Source: Octopus sinensis
Lineage: Eukaryota
Reading direction: 5' to 3'
DNA length: 64,000 bases
NCBI RefSeq assembly: GCF_006345805.1
Contig: NC_043007.1
Location: 35,030,001-35,094,000 of the forward strand
Shown here piece by piece: positions 1 through 14,269 of this stretch. Both the position numbers and the translations under genes were made by a program. How positions within the stretch are numbered: the stretch's first letter is position 1; each line of letters begins with the position of its first letter. Under the pieces are notes generated by a model, which saw only the letters and a list, made by a program, of their open reading frames with translations, made no database searches and was not told where the DNA came from.

Positions 1-4
1 TATC

Positions 5-35
<31 letters not shown>

Positions 36-443
36 TTATATATATATATATATATTATATATGTTTTATATTTAATTATTAATATATATATATATATATA
101 TATATGTACTCGCGCGCGCGCACACATACTTCAGACTATTGCAGAAAGGGAAAAAAAAGTAAATGAAGAAAGAAACGAAGAAAGAAAGAAAGAAAGGACA
201 GAAAGGAAAAAAAAAGAAAAGAAAAGAAAGAAAAACGAAAAGAAAGAAACAAAACGCATTCCTGAGTCATGACAGCCAGAACCGTTAATAAAACCACAAT
301 GTCATGTCAAAAGCAGTGTCAGACAGAAATGGTTGTAAATTACGGATTTGAAGCACGTAGATACGAGAGTTTCGTGTCATCTGAGTTCACGTTCGCTCCT
401 CCCACACCACAGGGATTATGACCACCACCCCCATCATAGACTT

Positions 444-825
444 GAAGCACTCCGTCGGTTACGACGACGAGGGTTCCGGTTGATCCGAATCAACGGAACA
501 GCCTGCTCGTGAAATTAACGTGTAAGTGGCTGAGCACTCTACAGACACATGTTCCCTTAATGTAGTTCTCGGAGATATTCAGCGTGACACAGAGAGTGAC
601 AAGGCTGGCCCCTTTGAAATAGGGTACAACAGAAACAGGAAGTAAGAGTGAGAGAAAGTTGTGGTGAAAAGAGTACAGCAGGGATTACCACCATCCCCTG
701 CTGGAGCCTCGTGGAGCTTTAGGTGTTTTCTCTCAATAAACACTCACAACGCCCGGTCTGGGAATCGAAACCGCGATCCTACGACCGCGAGTCCGCTGCC
801 CTAACCACTGGGCCATTGCGCCTCC
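444..825 (-). mobile_element. tRNA-derived SINE, family A head with tail X
   Basis: Minus-strand head GGAGGCGCAATGGCCCAGTGGTTAGGGCAGCGG...GGTTTCGATTCCCAGACC has Pol III A/B boxes. Same head at 47755-48058 and 50851-51157; tail ...CCCTCGTCGTCGTAACCG shared with 6856-7176. Confidence 0.85.
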
Positions 826-1080
826 CATCATACACACACACACACACACAGAGCGGATCAGACTGGTGGTATGTATGGGATCAAGCTCAACTCCTTTGGG
901 TGTTTCGACAGTTCTAGGCCTTTTTAATACCCCTCTGCTACTCAGCTCATCAACTTTTGGCAATCTCAAAGCGCTCTGTTGTCACCGTTTCTTGGTATCA
1001 GGTCGCACCGTGGTGATTGATCTCCCCCCCCCCCAGCACCAAAGCTGACCCAAATCTCTGTCGTTTCATTACCATATTTC

Positions 1081-1259
1081 TGGCCGTGTGGTAAGAAGCT
1101 CGCTTCCCAACCACATGGTCCCGGGTTCAGTCTCACTGCGTCCGCATGGCGCCTTGGACAAGTAGTGTCTTCTACTATAGCCTGTTTGTGTGTGTGTGTG
1201 TGTCTATCTGTCTGTCTGCCCGTGTGTGTGTGGGGGGTATATGTGTGTGTGTGTGGGGG

Positions 1260-1308
<49 letters not shown>

Positions 1309-1512
1309 TGTTTGTCTGTCCCCCACTATCGTTTTACAACCGGTGTTAGTGTGTTTACGCCCTCGTAACCTAGCGGCTCGGCAAAAGAAACCGGTAGAGT
1401 AAGTACCAAGCTTTAAAAAAAAAAAAGTTCGAGGGATTTATTCATTCGACTAAAAATTCTTCAAGGTAGTGCCCCAGCATGGCCGCAGTTTAATAACTGA
1501 AACTATTAAAAG
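1081..1512 (+). mobile_element. tRNA-derived SINE family C (internal TG/TA microsatellite), diverged copy
   Basis: TGGCCGTGTGGTAAG...GGTTCAGTC head and CCAGCATGGCCGCAGT tail match copies at 14741, 30080, 38533 and 41617. Confidence 0.8.
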
Positions 1513-1580
1513 ATTAAAAAATGTTTAAAAAAAAGTAAAATATATTTCATTTGGAATATGCTGCTGTATTAGCTGTTACT

Positions 1581-1755
1581 TATGTGTGTGTATGTGTATG
1601 AGGGTTGAATGACTATGTGTGTGTATGTGTATGAGGGTTGAATGACTATGTGTGTGTATGTGTATGAGGGTTGAATGACTATGTGTGTGTATGTGTATGA
1701 GGGTTGAATGACTATGTGTGTGTATGTGTATGAGGGTTGAATGACTATGTGTGTG
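1581..1755. repeat. 33-bp minisatellite (TATGTGTGTGTATGTGTATGAGGGTTGAATGAC) x5
   Basis: Exact tandem units seen directly; followed by a SINE C 3' half (about 1757-1890). Confidence 0.9.
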
Positions 1756-1904
1756 TCTTTGTCCCTCTACAACCACTTCACAATCCCCGTAACTTAACGG
1801 TTCGGTCAAAAAGACCGATAGAATGTGTACCAGGCTTCAAAAAGGACTGGGATCGATTCATTGGACTGAAATTCTCCAAGGCGGTCAAATAAATAAAAGG
1901 TAAA

Positions 1905-2660
1905 AGATACATACATACGTAGGTAGGTAGGTAGGTAGGTATGTAGGTAGATAGGTAGGTGGGCAGGTGGGTAGCTAGGTAGGCAGGAAGGTAGGTAGGC
2001 AGGTAGGTAAGTAGATAGGTAGGTAGTTAAGTGGGTAGGTAGGTAGGCAGCTGGGTTGGTATGTGGGTAGGCAGCTGGGTTGGTAGGTGGGTAGGTAGGT
2101 AGGTAGGTGGGCAGGTAGGTAGGTAAGTATGTAGGTAGGTAGGTAGGTGGGTAGGTAGGTAAGTACGTAGGGAGGTAGGGAGGTGGGGAGGTAGGCAGGT
2201 AGGTAGGTAGGTAGATAGGTAGGTGAGTAGGTAGGTAGGTGGGTAGCTATGTTGGTAGGTGGGTAGGTACATGGGTTGGTCGGTAAGTAGGTAGGTAGGT
2301 AGGTAGGTGGGTAGGTAGGAGGGTGGGTAGTTAGGTAGGTATGTAGGTATGTAGGTAGGTATGTGGGTAGGTAGGTGGGTAGCTATGTTGGTAGGTGGGT
2401 AGGTGGGTAGGTAGGTGGGTTGGTAGGTAAGTAGGTATGTAGGTAGGAGAGTAGGTAGGTGGGTGGGTAGGTAGGTAGGTAGGTAGATAGGTAGGTAGGT
2501 AAGTAGATATGTAGGTAGGTAGGTATATATGTATGTATGTATGTATGTAGGTAGGTATGTAGGTAGGTGGGTAGGTAGGTAGGTAGGTAGGTAGGTAGGT
2601 AGGTAGGTAGGTAGGTAGGTAGGTTGGTAGGTGGGTAGGTAGGCATAAATAGGGTGGGTA
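1905..2660. repeat. Degenerate (GGTA)n tetranucleotide tract
   Basis: About 750 bp of GGTA/GGGTA units; explains the PTYL-repeat ORFs. Confidence 0.95.
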
Positions 2661-3366
2661 GACAGACAGACAGACAGATAGATATTAGTTTCAAATTTTG
2701 GCACAAGGCCAGAAATTTCGAGAGATAGGTTAAGTGGATTACATCGAACCTAATAATCAAATGGTGCTTGTTTTATTGAGCACAAAAGGATGAAAATCAA
2801 CGTCAACCTCGGCACTTTTTCCGGTGCAGTAACGATTCTGCAAGCTCACCGCCTTAGAGAGATAGACATTAAGGTTTGAATTGATAAATTCCATTGCAAT
2901 CCCAAGTTTCATGCTGTGTGCTTCGAATCAAGCAACATAACGTTGCCTAAATGAGCCCGCGTAAGGTGAAACTCTGTGTGGATAATCGACTCACTGCACA
3001 CAAGTAGAAACGCTGTCATACATCGAGTACACCTTATATGAATATATAAAGATGTATATGCATATATAAATGACTGAATATGTGAATGTGTGTGTGTGCG
3101 CGTGTGTGTGTGTGTCTTTTATTACACAACAGATTTACGTCCAACTGTAACTTAGCAGTTCGACAAGGGAAGCCGCTAGAAAAAAGATATGCACTGCAGT
3201 CTATTTGCTCGACTCAACTCTTCAAGGCGGTGCTCCAGCATGACTGTACTCTAATAACAGTTATATACGTATATACACGCACACACACACATACATACTC
3301 CCACACATATACATATATACTCTACACACACACAGTATCTATACACAATGACATACGAGTATATAC

Positions 3367-3430
<64 letters not shown>

Positions 3431-4085
3431 AAACACGCACACCACTAATACATACATCATATATATATATATATACTCCTACACACACATATAAACATGT
3501 GTACGTAGATAAATTAAAGATAGTCACACAGACATCTTTATTCACACAGGCAGCAGCCATGCAGACGCACAGTCAGACATTGAAAGGCGAATGGAAATTT
3601 CCATCACGTGTGAAGCAGCTATATATTTTTCCACGAGAAAATAAAAAAAAATAAAACAAAGACAAAAAGAAACTCATTTAAAACATTACAAAAAAAGCAC
3701 GAAAAGAAAAATAATCACAAAAACAAATAAATCAATACGACAGAAATAAAACAAATATTTAAAGCAGAAAACAAAAGAAAAATGGAAAAGGAATAAAAAT
3801 GTCCATAAAAACAATACAATATAAAACAAATTAGCAAAGAAGAGAAAGCGGCAGGCAGATTAAACTGGTTTTCACCGGTTTTTGGCGTCACTGACTGGAT
3901 CGACTGCCTCTCTCACTCACGTTCTTAGCCTTTAGTTTTCTCTTTACTCATTGCTTTGGCACGCTGCCATGTTGGAGTTTTAATGGTAATGTTGGATGGT
4001 GGTGTGAGAGAGGGCGTGCTTCCAAGCCTTTCAGGCGCTTCTAATAACCTACCGTTGCTTATACGTAGAACAGCGCCTTCCGGCA

Positions 4086-4167
<82 letters not shown>

Positions 4168-4361
4168 CCTCTGTATAAACGTATGTTTGTATTTGTACAT
4201 ATATGGAGATTTTGTCTTTCGCAAAGGAATGAAATTTGGCGCGTATTGTATTGTATAGTTTATATATTTCGGTGTAGGCTAAAGAAGTGACTCCAGGGCC
4301 TAAAATTTTGTGTCAGGACACGAATTCTTGGGCCGTTGGATTACTCACTCTTACAATTCTT

Positions 4362-4560
4362 TTTAATTTTGGCACAAGGCCAGGAATTTCAAAGGAAAGT
4401 GGCCAGTGGATGAGATTGGCCTCAGTACTTGTTTTAGCGACCTCTAAAGGATGAAAGGCAAAGTCGTCTTCGGAGGAATTTGGATTGAGAACAAAAAGCC
4501 GGAAGAAATTCCACAAAGCATTTTGCCCAGTGTTCTAACGATTCCGCCAACTCGCAGCCT
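4362..4560 (-). mobile_element. SINE family D, diverged copy
   Basis: Reverse complement of the GACTTTGCCTTTCATCCTTT core and CTGGCCTTGTGCCAAAA tail; another fragment at about 2689-2813. Confidence 0.65.
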
Positions 4561-5643
4561 TTCACGTATGATAATATCAGTTAAAAGATTATTTTATGTA
4601 CGTTGCCATATGTTCTGAGTCCGCTTTTTCCCAACGCCCCACTCTCATACACACATATACCGAGAAAGAGAGAGGAAGAGAAACATACAGAGAATTCTTT
4701 CATTGCCGCCATACTGGAGCATTCTCTTCAGGGATTGTAAATTGATCATGTCGACCTCTGTGACTCTGAAGTCTGATTCGACATCGTTCTGTAATTAGCC
4801 TATCTACCGAAAGACTGGCTTGCCATTTTGAGTCAACACTGGTTTTATCTTGTCGTATCACGCTAAAAAATGTCTATCGGTGCGAGTTGGTGACCTTTTC
4901 CTTGGATGAACATAAGGGTTGAGGAAAAGGATAACTTTATTGTATGGGCAAATGCTAGCTGCCGTCACAATGACTCATGCCTAGGTCTGCAAATATATGT
5001 GCAGCGATATGAGTCCGCATTGACCGACGGAGGCTCGTATTAGCACAGTGTCAAATTCATTAATATGCGCTTTGACATACGTATACACACATATGAATAC
5101 AAGCATTGTATACGTGTGTATGTCTTTATATATATGTATGAATATATGTGTGTAATTATGCGTATATATATATGTGTGTGTGTGTCTGTGCATGTGTGTG
5201 CATGTATGTATGTATCTATGTTTGTGTGTTAGTATGTCGTGCCAATGTGTTTATAAATAATGTTATCAAGCGCTTCATCTGCTATCGTCTCCATCACCGT
5301 TCACGGCGTCATCGCCATCACCATCATCAGTATCATCATCATCAGCATCATCGTAAAAGTCGTCGTCGTCGTCGTCGTCATCATTATCACCGTCGCGATC
5401 ATCATTGCAATCATCTTTTATCTCCACTCACGATAACCACGACCCATCGCTAAACAACGCCAATACCATCACCAAAACCAATTCCATCAAAGCCAACACC
5501 ACCACCACCACCACCATCGAAACATCCAACCAACCAACCAACCAGTCAACCAGCCACCCGCCCAACCACCCAACCATCCAACCACCCGCAGCCATTACAT
5601 TACTACTACATTTTATTTAAATCTCTTCTTTACAGCTTCCCCA

Positions 5644-5695
<52 letters not shown>

Positions 5696-6088
5696 CAAGA
5701 CGAATAGACACGTTAAAATGGAAGACGATCGACGAGTCCATATAAAGGAATATGAACGTTCTACAAAGTAGACAATTTTTGCATATAGTCGCCAACGGAA
5801 GAAGAAGCAGCAGTAGAAAAATGTAGAAGAAGGGCGGAGCTAGAAGATTTCATTGGCGGCGCCATGTTTTTTCATTTCTTTCTTTATTTTATTATTTATT
5901 TTGTTTATTGTTTTATTTCTTTTTCTCATTCTTCATATCTCTATGATATGAGAACAAATATACATTAAATATAGAAATATATATATATATATATATATAT
6001 CAGTCGAGCATACACTCGTTATATTATTTCTTATATTGTTAAAAAAGAATTATATTTCGTTTTGTTTTACCTTTCTTATTTATCTTAT

Positions 6089-6125
<37 letters not shown>

Positions 6126-6511
6126 CATATACATACATATCACTGTGCAAGTTATGTATAAGTATGCATGTATATATATATATATATATATATTCACACA
6201 CTCACACGCACACACACGCACGCGCACGCGCACAAATTTCCATAAATAGGCATGGCTGAAGGACAAGAAGTTCACGCAAATCACGTGGTACTAGTTCGAG
6301 ACCTCACTGTGCGTAAGCTCGTCCCATCCATCATCCATTCATCCAACCAACCATATTATATTGATATATATATATATATTGATAAAACGGTAAGATAACA
6401 AAAGAAAGAAAGAGACCTCAATATTATGCAAATATATATATATATATATAATATATATATATTAAAATGTATGTATGGAGGTGTGTGGTGATGGGTGAGT
6501 ATGTATGTATG

Positions 6512-6561
<50 letters not shown>

Positions 6562-6855
6562 ATATATAGACATACATATTTGTGTGTGTGTGTGTCTGCA
6601 CAGACAATGGAGCGAAGATCCAAAGGGAGAAACTCGGAGGAAAGGTTAACGAAGTGTTTAGCTTCCAATAAACATTATTAATAATTCTTTCCCGACGCCC
6701 ATTTGCCTTTTCTGTTTTTTTGGGAACGATAGGGTTCGAAAGAGACGGGAAGTGCTATAGCATATACGTATAGATATATGTTATATGAGTGCGAGATCTG
6801 TGTGTATACATATATGTATAAACTAAAACATACATATGCGTATATATATCTAAAT

Positions 6856-7176
6856 ACTCCGCCGGTTACGACGACGAGGGTCCCAGCTGATACGATCAAC
6901 GGAACAGCTTGCTCGTGAAATTAACGTGCAAATGGCTGAGCATTCCACAGACACGTGTACTCTTAACGTAGTTCTCGGGGATAATCAGCGTGACACAGAG
7001 AGTGACAAGGCTGACCCTTTGAAAATACAAGTACAACTCATTTTTGCCAGCTGAGTGGACTGGAGCAACGTGAAATAAAGTGTCTTGCTCAAGGACACAA
7101 CGCGTCGCCGGGAATCGAACTCACAACCTTACGATCATGAGCCGAATGCCCTAACCACTAAGCCACGCGCCCTCAC
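6856..7176 (-). mobile_element. tRNA-derived SINE, family B head with tail X
   Basis: Minus head GGCGCGTGGCTTAGTGGTTAGGGCATTCGG...GTGAGTTCGATTCCCGG, centre GTCCTTGAGCAAGACAC, 3' tail homologous to 444-620. Confidence 0.85.
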
Positions 7177-7556
7177 CGTATATATATATATACGCATATG
7201 TTTATATGTATGCGTGCTTTTATGTATATGATTATGTAGAATATAGCGGTTCGGCCAAGGCCACCGATGGAAGAAGTACAAGACAAAGAAAAACGGCAAT
7301 GGAATGGATTCATTCGATTAAACCCGCGAGGCGGTGCCACAGCATAGTTGCCATCCAATGACAGAAACAACCAAAAGCTGAAAGAGGAAAAAAAAACTAC
7401 AAAAAAGACATACATACATACATGCATACATATAAGGCATTCGTGTTTCCTCCTTTAATCTTTCACTTGTTTCAGTGATTAGACTGCGGCCATGCTGGGG
7501 CAGAGCCTGTAAGTACTTTAGTCAGACGAATCGGCCCTATATATATATATATATAT

Positions 7557-7679
7557 ATCACCGTGATCACCGTGACCAACCAGGCTATCAGATGTTGCTA
7601 CACATCGCTGGTCACAATGCGCTTCGCATTGATTTAACCTTCAAATGACGCCACCCCGCTGGCTAAGCGAGCAGGCCAA
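7557..7679 (-). mobile_element. 5'-truncated SINE A tail Z
   Basis: Matches 47755-47872 and 36184-36315; ends in a tandem ATCACGGTG repeat. Confidence 0.75.
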
Positions 7680-10242
7680 TATACATACATACATATATAT
7701 ATATATACATATATATATATTATATGTATATATGTATATATATATATAATATATATATATATATATGTATGTATATTACATGTGTCTATATATGAATATA
7801 TGAATATATGAGTATATATATATATATATTATATATATATATATGTGTATGTATATGTATATATGTATGTGTGCATGTATACATATATGTATATATATAT
7901 ATGAAATTTCCCTTTTTGTTTCCAGCATTCCTTGTCATCATCATTTACATCGCTACTCCCTGCCGTACTCCTTCAGTAAACACGTAAACCATCCCCTACC
8001 TATAGACACACATCTACACATGCAATACACTCCCTCTTTTGTTTTCTGTTTTTATCGTGCGTTTATTTTTTTTTTTCCTGCTCTATTTCTGTTTGGCGCT
8101 ATTCTATTACAACTAACAATACTATTTCTATTCTATTTATCTTCTTCCGTTTTATTTTATCTTTTTGTTATATTTTGCCTGTACATCACTATTCCCATAT
8201 TCCCACAACGCAAGTCAACTCCTGTACTCTCCTCTTTGTTGTTGCAATCATTATATATTATTACACAACAGATTTATCCTCCATGTTTTTCTTTTCACTC
8301 GTGTCTCATCTATCTTATTACCCCCCCTTTTTTCTTTCTATTTCTTTCTCTATATGTATGTACACATATGTACGTGTATGAATATATACATACATACAAA
8401 CATACATATATATAAAATTCACATCTCTTTCTCTCTAACTCCTCCTTTCACCCCGTATCCCTTCTCACATACTTTCCCCACTATCTATCTATCTCTCTCT
8501 CTATCTATCTATCGATCTATCTATCAATATATCCATCTATCTATCTACCTATCTACCTATCCGCTTTCACATTTTCTACGTTTCTTACTACCTCTCTTTC
8601 TTATTTCCTCTCTGTCTTTCTCTATTTGTCTCTCCCTCTCTCTCTATATATATATAAATCTCTTTCTCTCTTCTTGTCTACCTGTCTCTCACCCTCTCTC
8701 TTACCTACATGCAGTCTCACTGCCTCTCTCACTCCCCTTTCCTATACTCTCTATCTAACATTATCTTCATCTCTCCATCTCTCTCTCTCCCTTCCCCTCT
8801 CTTTCTTTCTCTCTTCTCATGCGCTATCGTTCTTTTCCCATGTTATCAAATATCGTCTTTGCTGGATATTATTACCAAATATGGCAATGTCTTTTTATCG
8901 CAATTTGTTTGTCTACCCCCTTCCTCTTTCCACTTTCTACTCTATTTGTCTTGCGCTCTCTCTCTCTCTCCCTCTCTCTCTCTCTCACACTCACACACAC
9001 ACACATACTCTCGCTCTCTTCCCACCCTCCCTTGTCTCCCCTCCTCACTCTCTCTTTGTTTCATACTGCCTAATATTTCAATCTGCCACACTCTCTCACC
9101 TATACATCCATTAACACATTTATATACATACATATATATATATATATATACACGTACTTATGCACACACACACATTTATATATATGTTTATATATATATA
9201 TACACACACACACACGCGTATATATGTATATATATATATGTGTGTGTGTGTATGTATGTATATATATACACGCACACATATAAGCATATATACAAGCGTA
9301 CATTATTCTTTATTTCTCTTTTTGTGTTATCTCCACCGCCACATTTCATTTTCTTCCTTGACAAACACCATCCTGTTTCCACTTAGAAAAGGACACGTCA
9401 TTGTCGTCTGCTGCGGAATCTCAGAATTGTGTGTGTCTCATTTTCTGTTGTTTTTTTTCTTTTTTCTTTTTCTCATGACTCATCACCCTCGACATGGCAC
9501 CATCGTAACTCCCTATGATACAGTTCTTACCATTCACCCATTACTACCATCACCACTACCACCACTGTCATTAGAAATTCATCAACATCGTTGTCGTCGT
9601 CGCCTTCGTCATCATGGCGCGCTAATACTTTTTCTTCTCCTAAGGGTGATGAAAAAGATGGATGCACATGATGACTGATAAAGAGAGTTATATGGCAACA
9701 TTCTTCTTGCCAAATCGTTATGTTTCATCGCCATTTCTTGTTTTTATGCCGCAACATTGTTGTGGCTATTATTGCAGTTATCGACGTCAGTATCGGCGTT
9801 CTTGCTTTGTAGGCGTTATCGTTATTTTCGTCTTTGTTCTTAGAATCACATGACTTTGCCAACACTCTGTCACACGTATCATATATCATATATCATACTA
9901 TATCCTGTCCTATTATATCATGTCATACCACATCATATCGTGTGTGTGTATGTGTGTGCGTGTGTGTGTGTATGAAGGAAGCTACCTCAATTGCAATGCG
10001 AAGGTAGCGTTTTAGCGCAGCTGATAATCTGCAGCTTTCGCCAGAGCTACAGCATAAACGTCTCCTCCCAGTTAAATGCTACGCACAATCATGTCGTTTG
10101 GTTTTGCAGGAAGAAAAGTGTCTTTTCAGATCAACCAAAGATCCATTCGACTAAAGTTTCTTCAAGGCGGTACCCCCGACATGGTCACAGTCAAATTAGT
10201 AAAAAAGGCAAAAGCATGTCCCCCCCCCCCAAACATATATAC

Positions 10243-10620
<378 letters not shown>

Positions 10621-11024
10621 GGGGGTCTAGTTGAGTAAATCAGGAATCAGACGAGTTCAAAGGTAAAGAAATGGTTGAGAACCATTGCGCTGGTTGAACA
10701 GATAGACTCCATTAGTAATTCAAGCTTGCTAATTATTCTGTCGATGTCTTTTGCCGAACTGCAAAGATACGGAGGTGCAAGTCACTCTCAAACGGAGGGA
10801 AAGAAACATAAAATCGGAAACACTCACTTATACACATATTTATATACGTATACGTACGTATATACATACATACATACATACATACATACATACATACATA
10901 CATACATACATACATCATACATACATACATACATACATACATACATCATACATACATACATACATACATACATACATACATACATACATACATACATACA
11001 TACATACATACATACATACATACC

Positions 11025-11128
11025 ATGTTGATGTTGCTGAAATTCCAATAAGAGAGCCTTGGATCTTGGTTATAGAACCGGTTCTTTTTCAATTGGCAAG
11101 ACATCTTGAAATAGAACTGAATAATGAC
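11025..11128 (+). mobile_element. 3'-terminal fragment of the (TACA)n-associated RLE retroelement
   Basis: TGTTGATGTTGCTGAAATTCC...TTGGCAAGACATCTTGAAATAGAACTGAATAATGACATAC is homologous to about 14270-14392 (minus) and about 12853-12950; flanked by (TACA)n. Confidence 0.65.
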
Positions 11129-11155
11129 ATACATACATATTTATGCATATATGAT

Positions 11156-11187
<32 letters not shown>

Positions 11188-11207
11188 ATATATATATAAT
11201 ATATATA

Positions 11208-11375
<168 letters not shown>

Positions 11376-11462
11376 TACAAGCAGGCAGACAGACAGGTAG
11401 ATAAATATACAGATAGATAGATAGAACAACAGATAGGGGAACAACAGAAAATAGATAAAACG

Positions 11463-11650
11463 TTATTACCTCCACCTTAGTGAATGCGGAGGTATTGTTT
11501 TCAGTCGTGTTTGTTTGTTTGTCCGTGGACAAGATAACTCAAGAACCGCTGGATGGATTCGAATGAAACTTTCAGGGACGTTTGGCCTTGTGACTGACAC
11601 GAATTGATTAGATTTTGGGATCGACTTGGTACCCAGAATTTTGGATTATT
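11463..11650 (+). mobile_element. Helentron/DINE-1-like (HINE) non-autonomous fragment
   Basis: TT start, TTATTACCTCC...GGAGGTATTGTTTTCA 5' inverted repeat, then GTTTGTTTGT microsatellite and GATAACTC...GGATGGATT...ATGAAACTTT; architecture typical of HINEs. Confidence 0.45.
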
Positions 11651-11759
11651 TGTTATATTTACTTTACTTTACATGAAGTGTTACGGTTTTACGTTGACTT
11701 TTATATCCCTTTAGGTAGAAGGAAACTCCAGCAGTTCACCGTGCATGTCCGTCTTTCTT

Positions 11760-11837
<78 letters not shown>

Positions 11838-11842
11838 CATCC

Positions 11843-11911
<69 letters not shown>

Positions 11912-12181
11912 CCTAGCTATCTATCCTTTCTTCGAAGAACGTAGACTGAACCCGAAATTCTCAGTTACTATAAAGAATATGGCATTGCCAAACAATGTTC
12001 CCGAAAATTGTATCTTTAAAGTGTAATTCCACCCCTACAACGTACCTATGTATATATATATATATACACGTTATAGATATAAGGTAAAGAATTATTAATT
12101 TAATAATAAATAAATTTTACCAAGTAGCTTCGGTATGGAAAAAAACCTATTATCGGTAAAAACTTATACAAAAAAACTTAT

Positions 12182-12238
12182 ATCATGCTGAAGAAGGAAA
12201 TGAATTTTACAATTCTAATCCAGAAGCGTGTACATGAT
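12182..12238 (+). ncRNA. Type I hammerhead ribozyme-like motif (GAAG variant)
   Basis: ATCATG-CTGAAGA-A-GGA...TCC-A-GAAG-CGTG-TA-CATGAT: 6-bp stem I, canonical CUGAAGA, stem II, GUA site. Confidence 0.55.
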
Positions 12239-12537
12239 TAATCGAAGACTTGTTAGTTTCGTTATTTTTTCTTCTTTTGCCTATGTGAGTTACGAGTATT
12301 GACTGCTATTTCTAAATTTTCGGTATGTGGTGAAACAAGTTTTTGCTAATCCCTTAATTACGTTTATAATTATAAAAAAACTTTTTGTATAAGTTTTTAC
12401 CGATATTTTTTTCCATACCGATGTTACCTGGTAAAATTTAATAATTATCAAATTAATTCTTTACCCTATATCTATAACATATATATATACACACATATAC
12501 ATACATACATACATACATACATACATACATACATACA

Positions 12538-12568
<31 letters not shown>

Positions 12569-12740
12569 GTTATATATGTATGTACGTACGTATACCCAAG
12601 TACGTACACGCACATAAATACAGAAAGAAAAAAATGCTATTAGAAGTTTACACATACAAGCCATGTATGGAACTGTTAAAATATGTAAAACTTCTGAAAA
12701 GTTTAGCATGCGTATATGTCCGGACATGCAAGTATCTGTA

Positions 12741-12780
<40 letters not shown>

Positions 12781-13853
12781 AAACAAAAGGTATAAATCTG
12801 CGCATGCACTGACTCTGCATACTTTCACATATACACACATACATGTACGACCACCCTGTTGATATTGAAATTCCACAGAAGGAGCGTCGGATCTAGGTTA
12901 GAAACCGACCTTTTCTCCATTGGCAAGATATCTAGAACTAAAACTACGTAACGTGCAAAGGCATACCTACACACATACATACATACATACATACATACAT
13001 ACATACATACATACATACATACATACATACATACATACATACATACATACAACAGTACGCACACACGCGCGCGCGCACACACACAAGCAAATATACAGTG
13101 ACATATACATGTATGTACGCTTTTACGAATATCTCTCCTATTCAGACACAAACAGCACATCGATCCGCCAGCCGAACGTCTTTGGCAAGAATTCTTCTTT
13201 GAAATCAGGAATGCATTAAAACCTTCTTTTATATAGATTTTTGCCTGCAAGTCGTCTTCTTCAGTTCATCATTCTTCCATGCTTTCACCTCTTTATTTCT
13301 TTCTTCCATTACATAATTCTTTTTTTCTTTCTTTCTCTTCCTTTAGTTTGACATTGTTCAATAGAAGGAACAGACTGTAATTGGATGCGATTCTTCTCCC
13401 CTTCGCCTGATAACGTCTTTCAACGGTCAACCTGTTCGTTTGGTTGCGTTTATTCTTTCGTTCCGATTTTGCTATTTTTTTTCTTTGCTTTCTTCTTCTT
13501 TTTTTTTTCATTACTTGTTGTTGTTGTTGTTGTTGTCGTCGTGGTCGTTGTCGTAGTTATGGTATCGTCGTTGCTGTTTTGGTTCATAATTGTGTTGTTA
13601 GGTTTTTATGCGTTATTTCCACCCTCCCTCCTTTGATATTTCCTCAACCAGCCTCATTTTGAATGATTTGCTTTTCATTTTCCCATGTTTCTATCATTTC
13701 TCATCTTTTTTTTATTTCTTTCCCATCTTTTCTTCATCATCTTTTTCTTCTTCGTTGTCAGCCATTGCAAGTCTTTTCACTCGATGGGAAATGACAAGGA
13801 TTCCAGAATGAAATGAAATGGTATTATTATTATTATTATTACTACTATTATTA

Positions 13854-13907
<54 letters not shown>

Positions 13908-14269
13908 GCAACAAAGAGTAGATAATTCATCAAGTTCTATTATGTTTGTCTACCCTTTCCTCTCTTCTCTTTCTCTCTCCCTCCCTTCTCCCCTCTTCCT
14001 CTCCCCTTCCCTGTCCTTGTCAGTCTGAATATATGTCTTAATCAAGAGTTTAAGTATTTAAATAAAACAGAAGGAAACAAAAATGTCGCCCCTTTTTCTT
14101 CAACGAAGGAGATATACAAATGGACAACAATAAGGGAAGAAACAAAACAATGTATGCATGCATGTATGCACGTATGTATGTATGTATGTATGTATGTATG
14201 TATGTATGTATGTATGTATGTATGTATGTATGTATGTATGTATGTATGTATTATGTATGTATATATTAT

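Noticed and set aside
775-825. tRNA-like heads here and at about 7110-7176, 48000-48058 and 51090-51157
   Set aside because: They continue into SINE bodies and lack a complete acceptor stem, so they are not tRNA genes.
2027-2760. 225-aa and 125-aa PTYL-repeat ORFs
   Set aside because: Translation of the (GGTA)n tract.
7843-9678. Several overlapping 160-225 aa ORFs
   Set aside because: CT/TA/CA low-complexity sequence lacking stops; no domain.
13140-13250. Possible acceptor followed by HKQHIDPPAERLWQEFFFEIRNAL
   Set aside because: Not recognised; cannot be supported without a database search.
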